DNA of 62,891 bases, filler included, from Rhabdomonas costata (GCA_019059605.1; 36 parts of 36 records of this genome joined end to end with filler, not necessarily neighbours in it); one strand, 5' to 3'; counted from the whole stretch's first letter, positions 12,093 to 25,935 are shown. A program made the numbers and translations. The notes: generated from the sequence alone by a model not told the origin.

Positions 12093-14025
12093 CTGCGAGA
12101 TTTCATCTGCCGCTTCCGCTTCCGCACCCGAGGCGTCCTGCGTGCCCCCCCACACNNNNNNNNNNNNNNNNNNNNNNNNNNNNNNNNNNNNNNNNNNNNT
12201 TAATTAATTAANNNNNNNNNNNNNNNNNNNNNNNNNNNNNNNNNNNNNNNNNNNNCAAGACGCCCCTACTACGGTGGGAACCACGTGCACGCCGGACTGG
12301 TCTCCCGAATCAAGCCTGCTAAGATCCGGGTGACAGGCTAGTCCTTGACCAGCAGTTTTTGTAGGGCCAGCCTGACCGGTATATTTTTTGCGTATTACAT
12401 TAAATTGCGTCTGGGGAGTGTGTGAAAGTTTTCTCCACCAACTTATTCAATTAAGTGAGAAAAAATTCAGTGAGAAAGAATACGAGGGCGGGATTAACCG
12501 AAGGGTGAACGCACAACAGAAAGAACAAGTGAGGACTCGTACAGTATTCCCATTTCGCAGCAGTGCAGCGCTGTATTGCGCCATTTACCGCCATAGTAAT
12601 TCCTTCGGGCAGATCCAAAGATGGTGTGGTTGGGTTGTGAATGTGAACAGAAACTTTACTCTTGTTAACTTTGTTGTTTTTGTGTTGCTGTTTCTGCAAT
12701 TCCGGGTAATAGATAGAGACAGTGAGGGTACAGAAAATGTTCTGCTTGTTCTAAGAACTGTTTCTGGTCTCTTCCTGGCGGAAGCTGTTCATGGGCCTTT
12801 GTTGTGGGCGGGTGCTTGGTTGCCCCATGTGCGAATCCCCTGGGGGCTGATGTCTTTCTCAGGTGAGTCGCGACTGGCACGGCGCGCTGCACGATCGCGA
12901 TTTGTGGCTGCCTGCTCTGCAGGTGCCTGTCTACACTCCCACTAATGTCCACGCTCTTTTTCTGTGCCCTGCTACTGCCCCTGAAGGAAGTGGATCGTGC
13001 TGATTGGTTTTCCATGGGCATGGCTTCGATGATTCTTGTATATCTGGAAATCTGAGTCTGAGGTTGGCAGAAAGATGAGCGTGCCCGTTGTTGCGACAAA
13101 CGTGCGTCAGCAGGGATGGTTGTCAAACATCAAACATCAACCATAACAACCATCAGCAACCACAACAGTGTCATGAGTTTCTCAAGGGATGTTCACGTTC
13201 ACAATGTCACCAAGCCATCGTAACTCTGTCAAGCGGTTCATTCCCTTTCCTCATGCAGGAAAAGTTTCCCTCGCTGGGGCCGCGCATCGCTGCCCTGGAG
13301 AAGGCAGCTGGCACCACTACCCCTTCCTCCTCCTCGGGCCAGCCCGGGTTGAAAATGTTGTTCTTGTATGTCAACCTCACCTCCAACCTGCTGCGCAACG
13401 GTTGTGCCACCACTCTGCAGGACCATGGCAGGCATGCCGTGCTCCTTGCTCTTCTCTGTTGGGTGGTTGTCGAACTTTTGGGGGCCCCGAAGGTGCACGT
13501 GGAATGGCTGCTGGAACACGGAGCACCCCGTTGTGCATTGGTGTTAGTTTCCGGAGGCTTTAAAATGGACCACCGCAACACGCACATAAGTCATCATGAG
13601 ACTTGATCGCACATACTGCCAGCATTGCTTTGAGTTTTGTTGGATGAGTTGGAAGAGACCCTGTGTGCAACCGCTCTGTGTATTTCCGCAATATGCTGTG
13701 ATTTGTGTGTGTGTGTGTGTGCTCGTGATGGGTGCGACAATTGTCCGAACCTCTGTGTCAATGCCCTGGCCCTTTAGTTAAGTGTTGCGCCATCGTTTGT
13801 GGCGGTGCAATGTCTGGGGTGGAGGGACGGCTTATTTAATGGTTCAACTTTGTACTTCGTCGAGGTACCAAGTTGAACCATTAAATAAGCCGTCCCCACC
13901 CACNNNNNNNNNNNNNNNNNNNNNNNNNNNNNNNNNNNNNNNNNNNNTTAATTAATTAANNNNNNNNNNNNNNNNNNNNNNNNNNNNNNNNNNNNNNNNN
14001 NNNCAAGATCTGTCTCTCCTCTTAG

Positions 14026-14371
14026 CGGCAACATCTACTGGATCAAAGCCATCTACGTAATTGACCTGTTCACTTTCGACGGGGTGGAGAGCCGCCACTG
14101 CGCCGAAGCCTGGCTTGGGACGAGCCCTCGGCAGTACTTTCCTCGGAAAATGACGTGTCTGTTTGACTCCAACGTCCGGCATTACTACTCTCGCTATTCC
14201 CGACAGCGGTACGTCACTCCGGAGGTGTACCACCGGATCGCAGACACTCTGGAGGAAATGGCGAAGCCCCACCACCGCCGCTCAGCTCGGGAAGGAGTGA
14301 GCATTCCGATTCATCCCATGTCGTGCATCGCAGGCCATACCGGATTTTTCAACAAGAGTGGACCAGACTAA
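14026..14371 (+). CDS. Probable terminal exon of a putative glycosyltransferase-like/unknown protein
   Basis: GNIYWIKAIYVIDLFTFDGVESRHCAEAWLG...; resembles a 'GNFWWxxxxY...RxxxExW(I/L)G' motif I recall from protist and viral proteins (unverified). Confidence 0.45.
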
Positions 14372-17300
14372 ATAGACCTGCGAGTGAAATGCTCAAGGCT
14401 CATCGCTGGCTGATATAGGTTGCACGCAGTTTTTTGTCTGAGAGGGTTTCCATCTACGGTTGCGGTGAATTGACGGAATTGTTCAGCTCATCGCGGAAAG
14501 TTTGCGTCAAGCCATCCGCTCCAACATTTTTCATTTTCGCGAGGCTGCTTCGCGGATTTTGGAGGAAGAATACACTCAAGTGCTCACTCCGTATCGGCCT
14601 TATAGGGAACCTGCTTTATTTGGAGCTGTGTTTCGTGTTATTTGTTTCAATTGCTTGTGTCCATGCAGCATGAGGAATGGTATTTGTCAGGAGCAACTCA
14701 CTGCATGCGGCGAACCTGAATGCTTATAACTTCTTTTGATTGCGAGCAGGTGGATGGACACTCCATTGGTCAACACGTTGCAGAGTTTCTATCAAACATC
14801 ATAGCAAGACCCGCACTGCCACATACCAAAGATGTTCAGTCCTCTATCCGGGCCGCGTCCTGAATTGGTCTGAAACTGTTTAGTATTAGAATGCAAATGT
14901 TGCCTGCTGCAAGGGCAGCCTTCAATCGCCCAAATCATCTCGCCAACCACGGCACGAGCGCAATCCAATGGAGATGCGTTGCAAAAGACGGTTCAATAAT
15001 CTGCGCCTGGTCCTAGGGAAATCGAGCCTCGGAATGATACAGCCCCCGCCATCACCTGAACTTTCCTTCGGTGGCGGCCCCCCGCGCACACGTGGAACCC
15101 GCGGTAGAGCCTACCCAACGGACACCACCACAAAATGCCTTGTGCCATCGTTTTGCCGGACACAACATAGCCCAAGTCAACAACAAGCTGTTACCGTCCA
15201 GCTTGCCACCTTACACCTTACGTGTTGCCCGGCGTCCGCAGCCGGTTCTGCTGGGCGCAATGTTCGGCAACCTTTTCCCAACCACGCTTTTTGTTACTTT
15301 CTCGCCCGCTAAGGTGCGTTACGCCGTAGCGCTCCAACACAATCTCTCTCTCCCCCTCCCTCTCTCTCTCTTGCGCGGCTTTGGACAAAATTGGGCCACG
15401 CTAGAAGTTGAACGGGTTAAGCGCGTTTCGCAAGTGGGAACCGGAGGCGTTGCCTTTGGCAGGCTCGCGTCCATGGTCTCCGCTGACGCTTAGCGGCGTT
15501 CACAATAGCAACAATTCCCACCCTCTGCCACCCTCTGGTTTTGCACCGGATTTTTTCGCAGCGTGAACAAAGGAAATCAAAAGACCGAAACCATGTTCGC
15601 GCTATTCCCATCCACTTCCGTCTGCCGCAAAACCTTAATCCAACAAAAGCACCNNNNNNNNNNNNNNNNNNNNNNNNNNNNNNNNNNNNNNNNNNNNTTA
15701 ATTAATTAANNNNNNNNNNNNNNNNNNNNNNNNNNNNNNNNNNNNNNNNNNNNGTTTGTTGTGGCTGGTCTGTCTCGGGTTTGGGTGCGACGCAAGTCCC
15801 ACGGCGCCCGGCACGGCGCGGTGCATTCAGGCGAGGCTGCGGTGTGTTGTCTCTGTGGGTGATTTGATGCGCTGCCGTGTTTGTAGGGTATGGGATGGTT
15901 GTTTCTTGTACCCTTTCTCGAAGAAACGTTTGAACCTTGCTTCTTCTCTGTCTTTCTTCATGTTCATCGCTTCTACCCGATTTTCCCGCTTGCTTGTCCA
16001 GTGCCCGTATAGTCCACCGGGCCCACAATGCTCACACCGATCAGCTTCTTTCATCATTTTCAACATCTCTTCTTTTCAATCTGAACTGTTGTCGTTGTGT
16101 TGGGCCCCATCAGTGTCGGCTAACATTCATAAAGGCACCGTGGTGGCAGCCATTTCTGTTAGGATGAGCTTTCTTCCACGTGCATCCACACTCCAAATGT
16201 ATTCATTGCACTGCATTGTCCACCACCCCCAGCGTGCACTTGACTGTCCGTCGACCCACCTTTTTTTTGGCTCTGCAGGGGCCTTCCCGAATGGTTTTGG
16301 CATGGCAATCCGCATTGCCGGACAACACTGCGCTTGCGCTTCGGGCGCCCCGGGCGTTCCTTCCTGGGGCGGCGGCGGGCCTCGAGGCGGCCCCACTTGC
16401 CGGGCAGGCCCTACTGAACATCAGCCTTTCGGGGCTGCTGTGCAGCTATGTCTACGAGGTGGTGTTGAAGTTGGGTCCCTGTGGGGGCACCGCGGCGGTG
16501 GCGGAGTCTATTGCGCCCGTGATTTATGTGAGCTTCCCCAGTGCCTTGGGGAGCTCGCGATGGTTCTACGGAAACCTTGTCGAAGACCTCACGGTGTGTG
16601 TGACCTGTTGTGCTGTGTGGTTGTTTTTGTTGCATGTGGTTTCGACGTTTTGACGTCAAGAACCTTGGCCCAGCAGGAGGAGTCCCCGAAAGACAGTCCG
16701 GAAGTGGAGAAACCACTGCAGGCAGAAAACGACCTTCTCAGCAGAGAAGTGCGTTCGAGTGTGCACCACGGTGCAAAAGTGAAGCCATTGATTTTTTTAG
16801 TTCTGCTTTGTGGGACAACGCGTGATCCCTGTACCCCGGAACATTTAAAAGAAGGACCAGTACATTGTTTTTGGGTTAGGGTTACGGTTAGGGCCTTGTG
16901 CTAAACGTTTCGAGCTCTTTGTCACCCCCCTCCCCTCCTTTCTTGTTACCATCTGAGTTAATCGATTTTTATGGTCTGTTTCTTTGAAGAATGGAACAGG
17001 ACTGCTATGGTTCGTGTATCTGGAACCGGATTGTGAACAGTGGTCAATTCCGAAGTGATGTAAAATGGAAATTTCTGGAACATCATAAGGGCTGAAGAGC
17101 AGTGAGTTTTTCTCTTATCATTTCCTCTTTGCATCACCTCCCATCACAACAATATGTTGACATTTGGCTGCAACGTGGAAGGTTGTCCTCTCTGCTAACT
17201 ATGGGAGATGGCCCATTGCCAGTGGAAGGTTCCGCTGGAAGGTCTTCACCGGGCCAGGGCACTGCATTGCAGCTCAAAACAAAATGAAGCGAGAGAAAGA

Positions 17301-19250
17301 TGCGCACCGTGTGTAGAAATACGCATGAATTGCCCCCCCCCCCTATTGTAAAATCTGTACGCAGGGAGGATACCACTCCACCTACTTAACCACCCAACCN
17401 NNNNNNNNNNNNNNNNNNNNNNNNNNNNNNNNNNNNNNNNNNNTTAATTAATTAANNNNNNNNNNNNNNNNNNNNNNNNNNNNNNNNNNNNNNNNNNNNC
17501 ACCGCGGCTTGAAAAAGGGCAAGCGCCCACAGCGTGGTTACGGAAGTGAAAAATAAAGTCATCCGCACGTGGAAAGCTCGCGATGTGAGGTAAAATGGGA
17601 AAAGAGACGGAGAAACACGGATGTGCGAAAAAAAGAATCAAACTGAGAAACAAAAGATGAGAGAAGTGCAATTGAGGACTATTGCAACTATTGCTACCGC
17701 TGATGCGTGCGGAATGGGTAAGGCTCATTTTGGTTGGATCGCATGGTGGGAAAAAGAGCGGGTCAGTGGTAACTATGGTCTATACATGGTTAGCACAGAT
17801 GTACCGTTCTGCAATAAAAAATCCTCATTGCAGCCGGCACACAGACATTCCAGCTTTCAGCCCCGCCGGGAGGTCACCTGCTCCCCGACTTGCTTGGGTC
17901 TTGAATTCTTGAATTCAGGCTTGAAAACGACGCGTTGTGCACTCCACCACCTATGATAGGGAAGGGGGAAGTACGATGAAATTAGAAAAAGGGGGAACGT
18001 GCGTGTGTGGGGGAGTGATGAACGGCGAAACTACATTATTCGGTGACGTATTGATCTGAGCTGAGCTATGCTTCGCCTCTCATACCCACAGAATCTGGTA
18101 GATGCTACTAGCCACAACCCGGATGTAAAAAATAAGCGCCCCCTGCTCTCATTCACGAACATTCCAGCCGGGGGAGAAAACACAGAAATTTAAGGTCCAA
18201 TCTGCAGTTCAACGATACTCGAGCGCTGGTGACAATTGTGGACAGCGCATTTCAGAGCGCTCGTCTTCCTGGTCCCCGACGCGGCCCACACGTGTCGGAA
18301 TTTCGCAAATGTCACGTCAAAAATGCCCAGTGCCTGCTTGTTTAGAGTGAGACGGTTTCTTCATGCACTCTGATGTGCATTGTTCCCACGCTGGGCGAAG
18401 CGAGGCCGACCTGTGAGATAGTCATGTTAGGTAACCATGTTCGGAGTTCGGAACGATGCTCAACTACCTGCATATAGCTTCCCCAAAAAACCCACAACAA
18501 AAGCAAGAGAGTTGCCAGCCGGAAAGTACAGAGTTCAGAAAAGGGCGTAAGGATGTGAACAGGTGGGCAATACTGCAAAAAATGATCACTTTTAAACTAA
18601 ATATGAGAAGAAAAAAGGGCACGCACTCAGAAACGAGCACTGGCCCAAGGGAGACAGATGCCTCACCTTTCCATTACAGCGAATTCGCCGTCAATGAGAT
18701 ATTAGTGAGTGCACCAGAGAGGATGAGAAGCAGCATAAAACGGCAAAAAAAACTGTTTCTGCTTCTCTATGTCATCGCTGAGCCTTGCATCATGCAACCA
18801 TAGCCGAAAGAAGACACCTCCAGGCCATGGTGCTCTAGGAACCGTGCTACTGTCCACTACAACAAACGCGGATGCCCCAATGCTTCCTATTGTTGACATG
18901 AACGCCCCAGCTGGGACGTCGAACACGAAAGCGAGGAAACACAAATGTGTGCATCACGTAGGGGAGAACCAAGAAAAAAACTAGAGAAGAGAAAAAGTTC
19001 AAGATCTCCTGCAACGACCTTCTCCAAAGAAGGCATGTGGGAAGGGAAAGGATTGGGGGGGGGGGCGTTTGGGAATCAACCCCACTCTCAACAAGCACCA
19101 GCTAGCCTCATCCACTGCCGGCGGGCTCCGCAGCAAAGCCCACCCCCACNNNNNNNNNNNNNNNNNNNNNNNNNNNNNNNNNNNNNNNNNNNNTTAATTA
19201 ATTAANNNNNNNNNNNNNNNNNNNNNNNNNNNNNNNNNNNNNNNNNNNNG

Positions 19251-20384
19251 GAGAAACAGAAGCGTTGGGGATCATCGAAGATCATTGTCGTCGGGTTGGT
19301 GTACCGGAGTAAGACTTGGATCCGAAGCTTTTCCTGGAACCATTGCTCATCCAACCGGTTGAAATTCTCGTACGAGCTAACGCACGATGTTAAGATGTAC
19401 AACGGAGATTACCCTGCCTACCAAGCTAAGTTCAAAACATACGTGGATGCCCTACCGGAACGCTTCCGTAGACCCAACTTGATTTTTGATTTCATGCAAG
19501 GCATGGAGTCCTGGCTTGCTCAAAAAGTTGCCAAGAAGAACCCCGTCACCATTGAAGGCGCTTACGAGGTTGGATGGGAAATTTTCAGGGAGCCAAGACC
19601 AGCCCCCAGAGTCACGTACGTGGGTCAGCCTACCGCAGACCCTCTTCAGTCTGCGTTCACAACAGTGAAACCACCAACCCTAATGCCTGCACACCCAGAT
19701 ACTGGGCCAACTCCAATGGAGTTGGATGCCGTGAAGTTTTCCACCTCTACCAGCGGCCACGGTCTGTTTTCTATGCAGTCACACGCCACCCATGGACTTG
19801 GAGCCTGTTTGGCTCTCTCGACTGCTGCTTTTCCAACTAACGGAGCAACCCCAATGCCTAACGTCGCAGTTGCCAGCAGTTCCCGACATTGGGACGAGCG
19901 CCCTTCAGAGCGCCGCCACGTGAGTCCCAACAGTGGCCGTGACAGAAGAGAGTCGCCGTATAGGGAACGCGACAGAAGAGAGTCCCCCTACCGCGGAAAA
20001 GATCGAGATGAGCGGAGCCAGCGCCGAGACGCGCGCGACTCCACACAAAACGTTTACGAACGAGGCCGCAATCGGGACCGCTATCATGACAGAGACAGAA
20101 GGGACTCACCTCAATACCGAGGGGACCGACGTGCGCCCGCCCGAGACGAAGGTTACGAGCGGAGCAGCCAGAGGCCACCGTCACCAGCCCGCCGAGACAA
20201 CCAACCCGTCTTACCAAGATCCGCAGGACGACCTCCAAGCCCCAGTGGGCTACCCACGCATGATCTTACCTGTCACTACTGTGGCCAAGTTGGGCACTTC
20301 ATCAGAGAATGTCCCCAGCAAATGACCGAGTCACCGAGAAAGGAGGAGGAGGAGCACAGGGGGTCGGGTAGCGGGTCAGTTTGA
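19251..20384 (+). mobile_element. gag: Ty3/Gypsy-like LTR retrotransposon gag ORF (5'-truncated)
   Basis: Intronless ORF open from the contig start, with PTPMELDA motif, RDRRESPYR repeats and the CCHC zinc knuckle CHYCGQVGHFIREC. Confidence 0.85.
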
Positions 20385-22444
20385 GGTAGAGATGGAGGGC
20401 GGAGGGTTGGTTTTGAGAGGTCAAACTGTGGCGGGAGATGAGATGGGCGCCTGTCTCCCGAGGTGAGGGTGAGCCCCACGCTGTCCAGGACGGAGCGTGT
20501 TGTTGTGTAGAGCTGTGGACAGTGTTACAAGTATAGTACGGTAATTGTATCAGTAAGGACGGACTACCGTGTGTAGACGAGGCGCTGGGCTTAATTCGGA
20601 CGGAGTCATCTTCCTGCGACAAGGCGCCCGCAACGAACATCCAACGGCTCTGCGTGTGTTGCGCACTGCCAAGGAAAATCGCTCGCGTGGCGGTGTCAAC
20701 GGATTCTGACGAGGCTTCAGGAGTAATCCTTTCGGAGTCTCAACCGGAGCCAGGAAAGGTTCGAAGTCTACTTCCCTGCTTTTGAAACATTTGACTCTTG
20801 TCATAAAAACTACAGCAGGACCAAGCGCGACAGCTTCACCGTGCGACGCGGGTTGCGTCTGCGCCAGTTGTGATGCGATGTCATCGGTGTGTGTTGCATC
20901 NNNNNNNNNNNNNNNNNNNNNNNNNNNNNNNNNNNNNNNNNNNNTTAATTAATTAANNNNNNNNNNNNNNNNNNNNNNNNNNNNNNNNNNNNNNNNNNNN
21001 GAACTCCTTGACGGAGGATTCCAAGTGCTGAGAATGGACGCCTCCATGAGCTGTGAGGAAGGGTTTGTGGGAGCCCCAGCAGCCATTCATACTGTTTGAA
21101 TAAAAACCTGTATTTTGGGGGGGTGTTGCCATTGCTGCTGCGACGGTGTGTGCGTGGCATATGCCATTTTGTTTAACAGCAATCTTGTATCACTTTGCAC
21201 TTTTTTCCTTGTATGGTGAGAATTTTTTACCCTGCCTCCTTTTTGCTGTTTTACCGAATGGTTTGGCCAGTCAGCACCCGCGTCCGAGCTGTGCAGCTGC
21301 TGTGGCAGCTGGGGTCTTCCGCAGAAGCACACCGAGCCCTGGCCAGGGAGCTGGGCAGGCGAAAAGCGCCTCTTGCCCAGGCCATTACCCGATCGTCCCG
21401 GGTCCTTGAGGAGACGGGGAGTCTCCTGAGGCACCAGGAGCGTCGGTCACTCGGGCTCATATCCGCCACCACAGGCTCCTGAGGCAGGCGCTCCAGCACA
21501 GCCCACGGCTCAGCACCGCCGGCTCAGGACCCGCACAGCGTTACCCCGTACCACGGTACACCGCGGGCCATCAGACACCAGCTGGGCTTGTGCAACGGTC
21601 CCTAGACTTATGACTCATCCCTCCCGGCCTTCTTTCTTTGGGGTCATATTAAGGCAGAGGTGTACCGGAGTAGGGTCCCCTCTCTCGCTGCACTCAAGCA
21701 GCGCATCCGGGCGGCGATACACGACGCAGGACATCGTAAAGGCTGTGGTGGACACCTGGCGCTGCGTGCCAGGGCTTGCGTCCGCGGAGGTTACGCGGAG
21801 TTTATCTCCAGACCGTGCTGCCCCATTAAATGTTGGGTGCTGGGAGCTTTCGGAAACTTTCGGTTTCCTGCCTCTTTTCTCAATTCAATTGATTTTCTGG
21901 AGTACGATTTTTTGGGTTATCAGTACCGTGCGCTCTAGGGGCATGCGCACCGGATCTTCGGAACTCCGGGCTCGTTTTCCAGCGTGCTGCACAGCCGCAG
22001 CAGCTCCACCTGCATCTTCAGGGCGGCGTGGCAGGCAGCCAACTGGTGCCCAGGCAACGTGCGCGGGGCGTTCCACAGCGCCATGATGCAGTCCCCAATG
22101 AACTAAAGCACAAGGTCATCGAATACAAATCCTCACCCAAGTGCACAGCCGTCACTACCGCCGCTACATTCATTTTCCATTTCTACACGAAAGACACACA
22201 CGGTGCCTAAACAAAAAAGGTGCCAACTGCCATCACGGCGGAGAACCTGATTCCGGGAATGCTAAATATACAGAGGAATATATAAAGAGGAACACAAAAC
22301 ACCCCACCCAAATGCAAACTAGCACCGCTTAAAAACAACATCCCAGCCGTGAATAACGTGAATAACGCCGCTACATTCATTTCCCATTTGTACACGAAGG
22401 ATGCAAAAAAAAAGGAGCTTACTGAACGTTCGTGCTGGACGTGC

Positions 22445-22650
22445 CTTGTCTAGAGCTCCCCCCGTGCTGACAATGACCCAGCACATCCTCTGCAAGTACT
22501 CTGTGGTCACCCGCCGAAGCACGTCCAGCTCCACCTCCTCGCACATCGTGCTGAACCCCGCAATGTCCGTGAACATCACCGTCACCACGTGCCAATCCAT
22601 TGCGCCGCTCTCGCGGCTCATCTTCCCACTCATCAGCATCCGCACAACCC
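22445..22650 (-). CDS. Class III adenylate/guanylate cyclase catalytic-domain exon
   Basis: VVTVMFTDIAGFSTMCE...EYLQRMCWVIVSTGGALDK contains the FxDIxGF metal-binding motif. Homology stops just before the expected (F/Y)IGD, at AAG|GCACGT. Confidence 0.9.
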
Positions 22651-23778
22651 NNNNNNNNNNNNNNNNNNNNNNNNNNNNNNNNNNNNNNNNNNNNTTAATT
22701 AATTAANNNNNNNNNNNNNNNNNNNNNNNNNNNNNNNNNNNNNNNNNNNNGGTTTTGGGTGGAATTTCCCACTATGAATTGATGCCTTCTAGATTCGCCA
22801 AAAATCTGTTTCGACTTATTGGTGCAGATCAAAGCAGTTGTTGACCGGGGGGAGATGTCTTCAATCCACTGGTTATCCAACAAAATGCGATTGTCTGTGC
22901 CGGGAAGTCGAGAGTACAGCGCATGTGTGTTGAAGTGATTTCACCATTTCTGCACTCGGAGGGTCGGATCATCTGGATTATATGGTCTACAATGGCTCTG
23001 GAAGTTGTAAAATCTGACTCGGGGTTTTTTATTTGGCTTGTAGCTAGCTGGATCTAGGCTTCCATTTTTCAGGCAAGACATGAGATGTGAATGTCATGAT
23101 GAAATGATTCGCATGGCGAGATGGCTGTATAGCGGCTCTCTGGTCCCTGGGTGTCGTATACTTCGCAAATGACTGGCTGGTAAGAAGTGCTGGTGAAGAA
23201 GACAGTGATTTGGGCTGATCTGAATCTGCAGAACGCTGTTGTGTTTACAAGGGGACTGTAACTGCTCGTTCCTCTTGATCCCCCGCGTGCAGAGGCTTCC
23301 GTAATGTTTACTGCAATTCCTGCTTAGTGAGTGGGTATGGTCGTGCGTTGGAGCGCTGTACGGAAGGCTCATCCACCGGATCTCCGTATGGGATCGGGAT
23401 AGAAGTTGTAGATCAGCTTAATCTGACTCAGATGACAAGTCAGGTACGGTGGGTGACGACTAGGCTGATCGTTTCCGGTCCAGTGGAAGTGAGGGATCAT
23501 ACATGGGCCGCTGACCACAGGTCTTGGACGGAGACCGTGGAGGGCTTCCGTCAACCGGGCCATTTTCTGTGGCTTTCGCCGAAAAAGGTGCTGTTGTTCT
23601 GATTTTAGGGCTTGGGGTGACCGCGCGCGTGGTCTCCAGTTTGATGATGGACTTTGGAACCATTAGGTTGGTCATACGAGGTGTCTTCTGTTAGGAACTC
23701 TGCCACGTGCTCCTCATCTGCAGTGGAAATATCGCCTGCCTGGTTGATGGACCCCCACTCTCCGTCGGGCGGTGTAGA

Positions 23779-24330
23779 TTACGAGGGTTCAGCGTCGTCA
23801 GTTTCACCTTCTCGAAATGGTGGTGGCGGTTCCTCGCCATGGATGCGCAACACAAACGGGATGATGTCACTTGCTTGGAAGGCATTGTGAAACATCCGAG
23901 TGATCCGACTTGGCAAATTAGCTTGAAATTCCGAGGTTCTATTGCTTTGGTTTTGGGGCCGGTGTGAACATCGGAGTTGGGACCTCACTTGCTTCCTCGA
24001 GCTGACGAGGGCCAGGTCGCCGACTCGGAAGCTGTGCGACTTATGATTCGCTCGATCGACGTACCTGTCCTGATGCTGCCCGAAAACGGCAGAAATAAGC
24101 CAATAGTCGGTTAACAAACTGCTTAATGGGAAAGATTGGCGATAGCCAAGTTTGAGGTAGCGGGGGTTTTTCCCCGCCATCTTGACAATGTCCAGAACGT
24201 CGCTCGATTGTCGGATCTGATAGTCGAGGTGGGAAAACACAGTTTCTCAAAAGGCCGACATAAATCGCAAGTCTCGGTTGGAGATGATGAAGAACTTCTC
24301 GGCTGTGTCCGTGGCAGATTCCTGGCGCAA
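23779..24330 (-). pseudogene. Decayed Ty3/Gypsy integrase (core plus C-terminal SH3-like region)
   Basis: IISNRDLRFMSAF*ETVFSHL corresponds to I(V/I)SDRDPRFTSxFW with W replaced by TGA; further on are HSFRVGDLALVS and MFHNAFQAS (cf. HxVFHVS). Confidence 0.75.
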
Positions 24331-25935
24331 GGTTTGGTGCACGGATCATTTGCTCCAAACTGGACGATGGGTTCCCCGGGACCCCGGGGAACCCCCCAAC
24401 NNNNNNNNNNNNNNNNNNNNNNNNNNNNNNNNNNNNNNNNNNNNTTAATTAATTAANNNNNNNNNNNNNNNNNNNNNNNNNNNNNNNNNNNNNNNNNNNN
24501 GGTTGTGGGTGGTGTTGGGGGCCCCCAAGTTATATATGGTGGTGTTGCCTCGGCCTGTGCCTGTGCTCTGTGGTCTCTGCTTGTCATCAGCTTCTGTCGC
24601 GAGCTTCTGTAAGGAAGTACTGCTTTGCTCTCTTTCTGTGTGGGGTCTCTTTCCATTTGCCTTTCTTTCGGAGGTCCTGTCTGCCGACCCTCCCCTCACA
24701 TGCATCTGGGAGTAAGAAGTAGCAATGTCAGCTAACCATTTAACGCCGACCCTTCCCCTCTCCCAGCAGATACAACTATCAATCTTTGTTTCTGTCTCAC
24801 AACTGCTAAAACCTCTTTTGTGAACGATTGAAAGCAATGTTGCGGGGCTTTGGCGGACAGGAGTATTTTAGGGTCGGGGGCCAGTCCGCGACACAATGGT
24901 GGGGTGGGGGATTCTTCCCAACCCCACGGATATATACGTGAGGCCCAATTCATTGCCATAGGTGGGCTTTCACCACCTCACGTTGTACGACGAGAACATT
25001 CGTTTGTTCGATATAAGGGATTCAGGAACCAACTCCCATTTAAATGAGAATATCTGAGGATATCTGAGTACAATCTCATTACAATGAATAATATCAGTTT
25101 AAAAATAAAGTGCAAAATAGCATGAGGCGAAGCAGTACCAAATTAAACAGGTTAATATCAGGTAAATAATAGCAATTATAATACTATTGAATGAATAATC
25201 ACTAGATGACCCTAGTTTTATGTCTTGCCCAGTGCTGAGAAGCGCCCAGTTTTAGGGTACTGAATGGAGATGGTTTGCGGACATTCACCTTTTGTTTTTG
25301 TTCTCAAAGCAACAAAGAGACGACCGCGAGGGAAGTGGGGTGGGGGTGCGAAGTGGCTCGACCTCTTGTCCTCCTGTATTGCACGTGGCCTTGGGACTAG
25401 CGGTCGTCAGAAGCGATGGCTGGAACCCTGAACTTCTTTGCCGTGTGTTTCTGTGCTTATGGTTCCCTGCCGTTTGTGCCACAGCGATCCCTGTGCCCCT
25501 CATTTCCCAAAATATCCCGCCCTTTCTGTAGTGACAAGAATAGGCATTGCCTCAAATGTTTTGATGTCTGTCTGTTTTAGGCAGCGCAGACCAGGCCCCC
25601 GAACTTCCTGCACCAATTGGGAATTCAAACAACCACACACACATACATACGCCCGAGCTGCAATGGAGCAGCGCGAGTAGCCGTTGGAAAAAGCACCCCC
25701 TTCTTTAAACCCTTAATGGTTCGGAAACGGGCTGCGCACCCCAAGGTGTCTTTTTGCTCTGGGTTTCAATTTTTCCGGGAGTTGATTTGGTGGGAGTGAT
25801 TTTTGATTTGAAAAATATATTGCGGCCCCCACCTCTGCTGAATCGTCCGCTCTGTTCCCCTCAAGGACTCAAGGACTGCCTTCCCCCACCCTTTCTCCAG
25901 CTTCCTCTTTTCATTTCCTCACCAAAAACCGAAAA

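Noticed and set aside
13824..13896. Hairpin resembling a pre-miRNA or terminator
   Set aside because: Sits at a contig end with a primer-like C/A tail; best explained as an amplification fold-back.
16870..16893. TTAGGG-like telomeric units (also CCCTAA-like near 40065)
   Set aside because: Only 2-4 degenerate internal units; not a telomere.
15756..16904. 382-aa plus-strand ORF
   Set aside because: No recognisable domain; it runs across apparent splice sites and GT-rich intron-like tracts, so it is probably not a real single CDS.
22159..22402. Imperfect direct repeat of about 37 nt (cgccgctacattcattt...)
   Set aside because: Only two copies, in probable intron sequence; not an array or a demonstrable LTR pair.
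24247..24249. In-frame TGA at a conserved Trp, suggesting an alternative genetic code
   Set aside because: Lies in a decayed integrase. Host genes use TGG for Trp and TGA as stop (WD40, MOCS2B).
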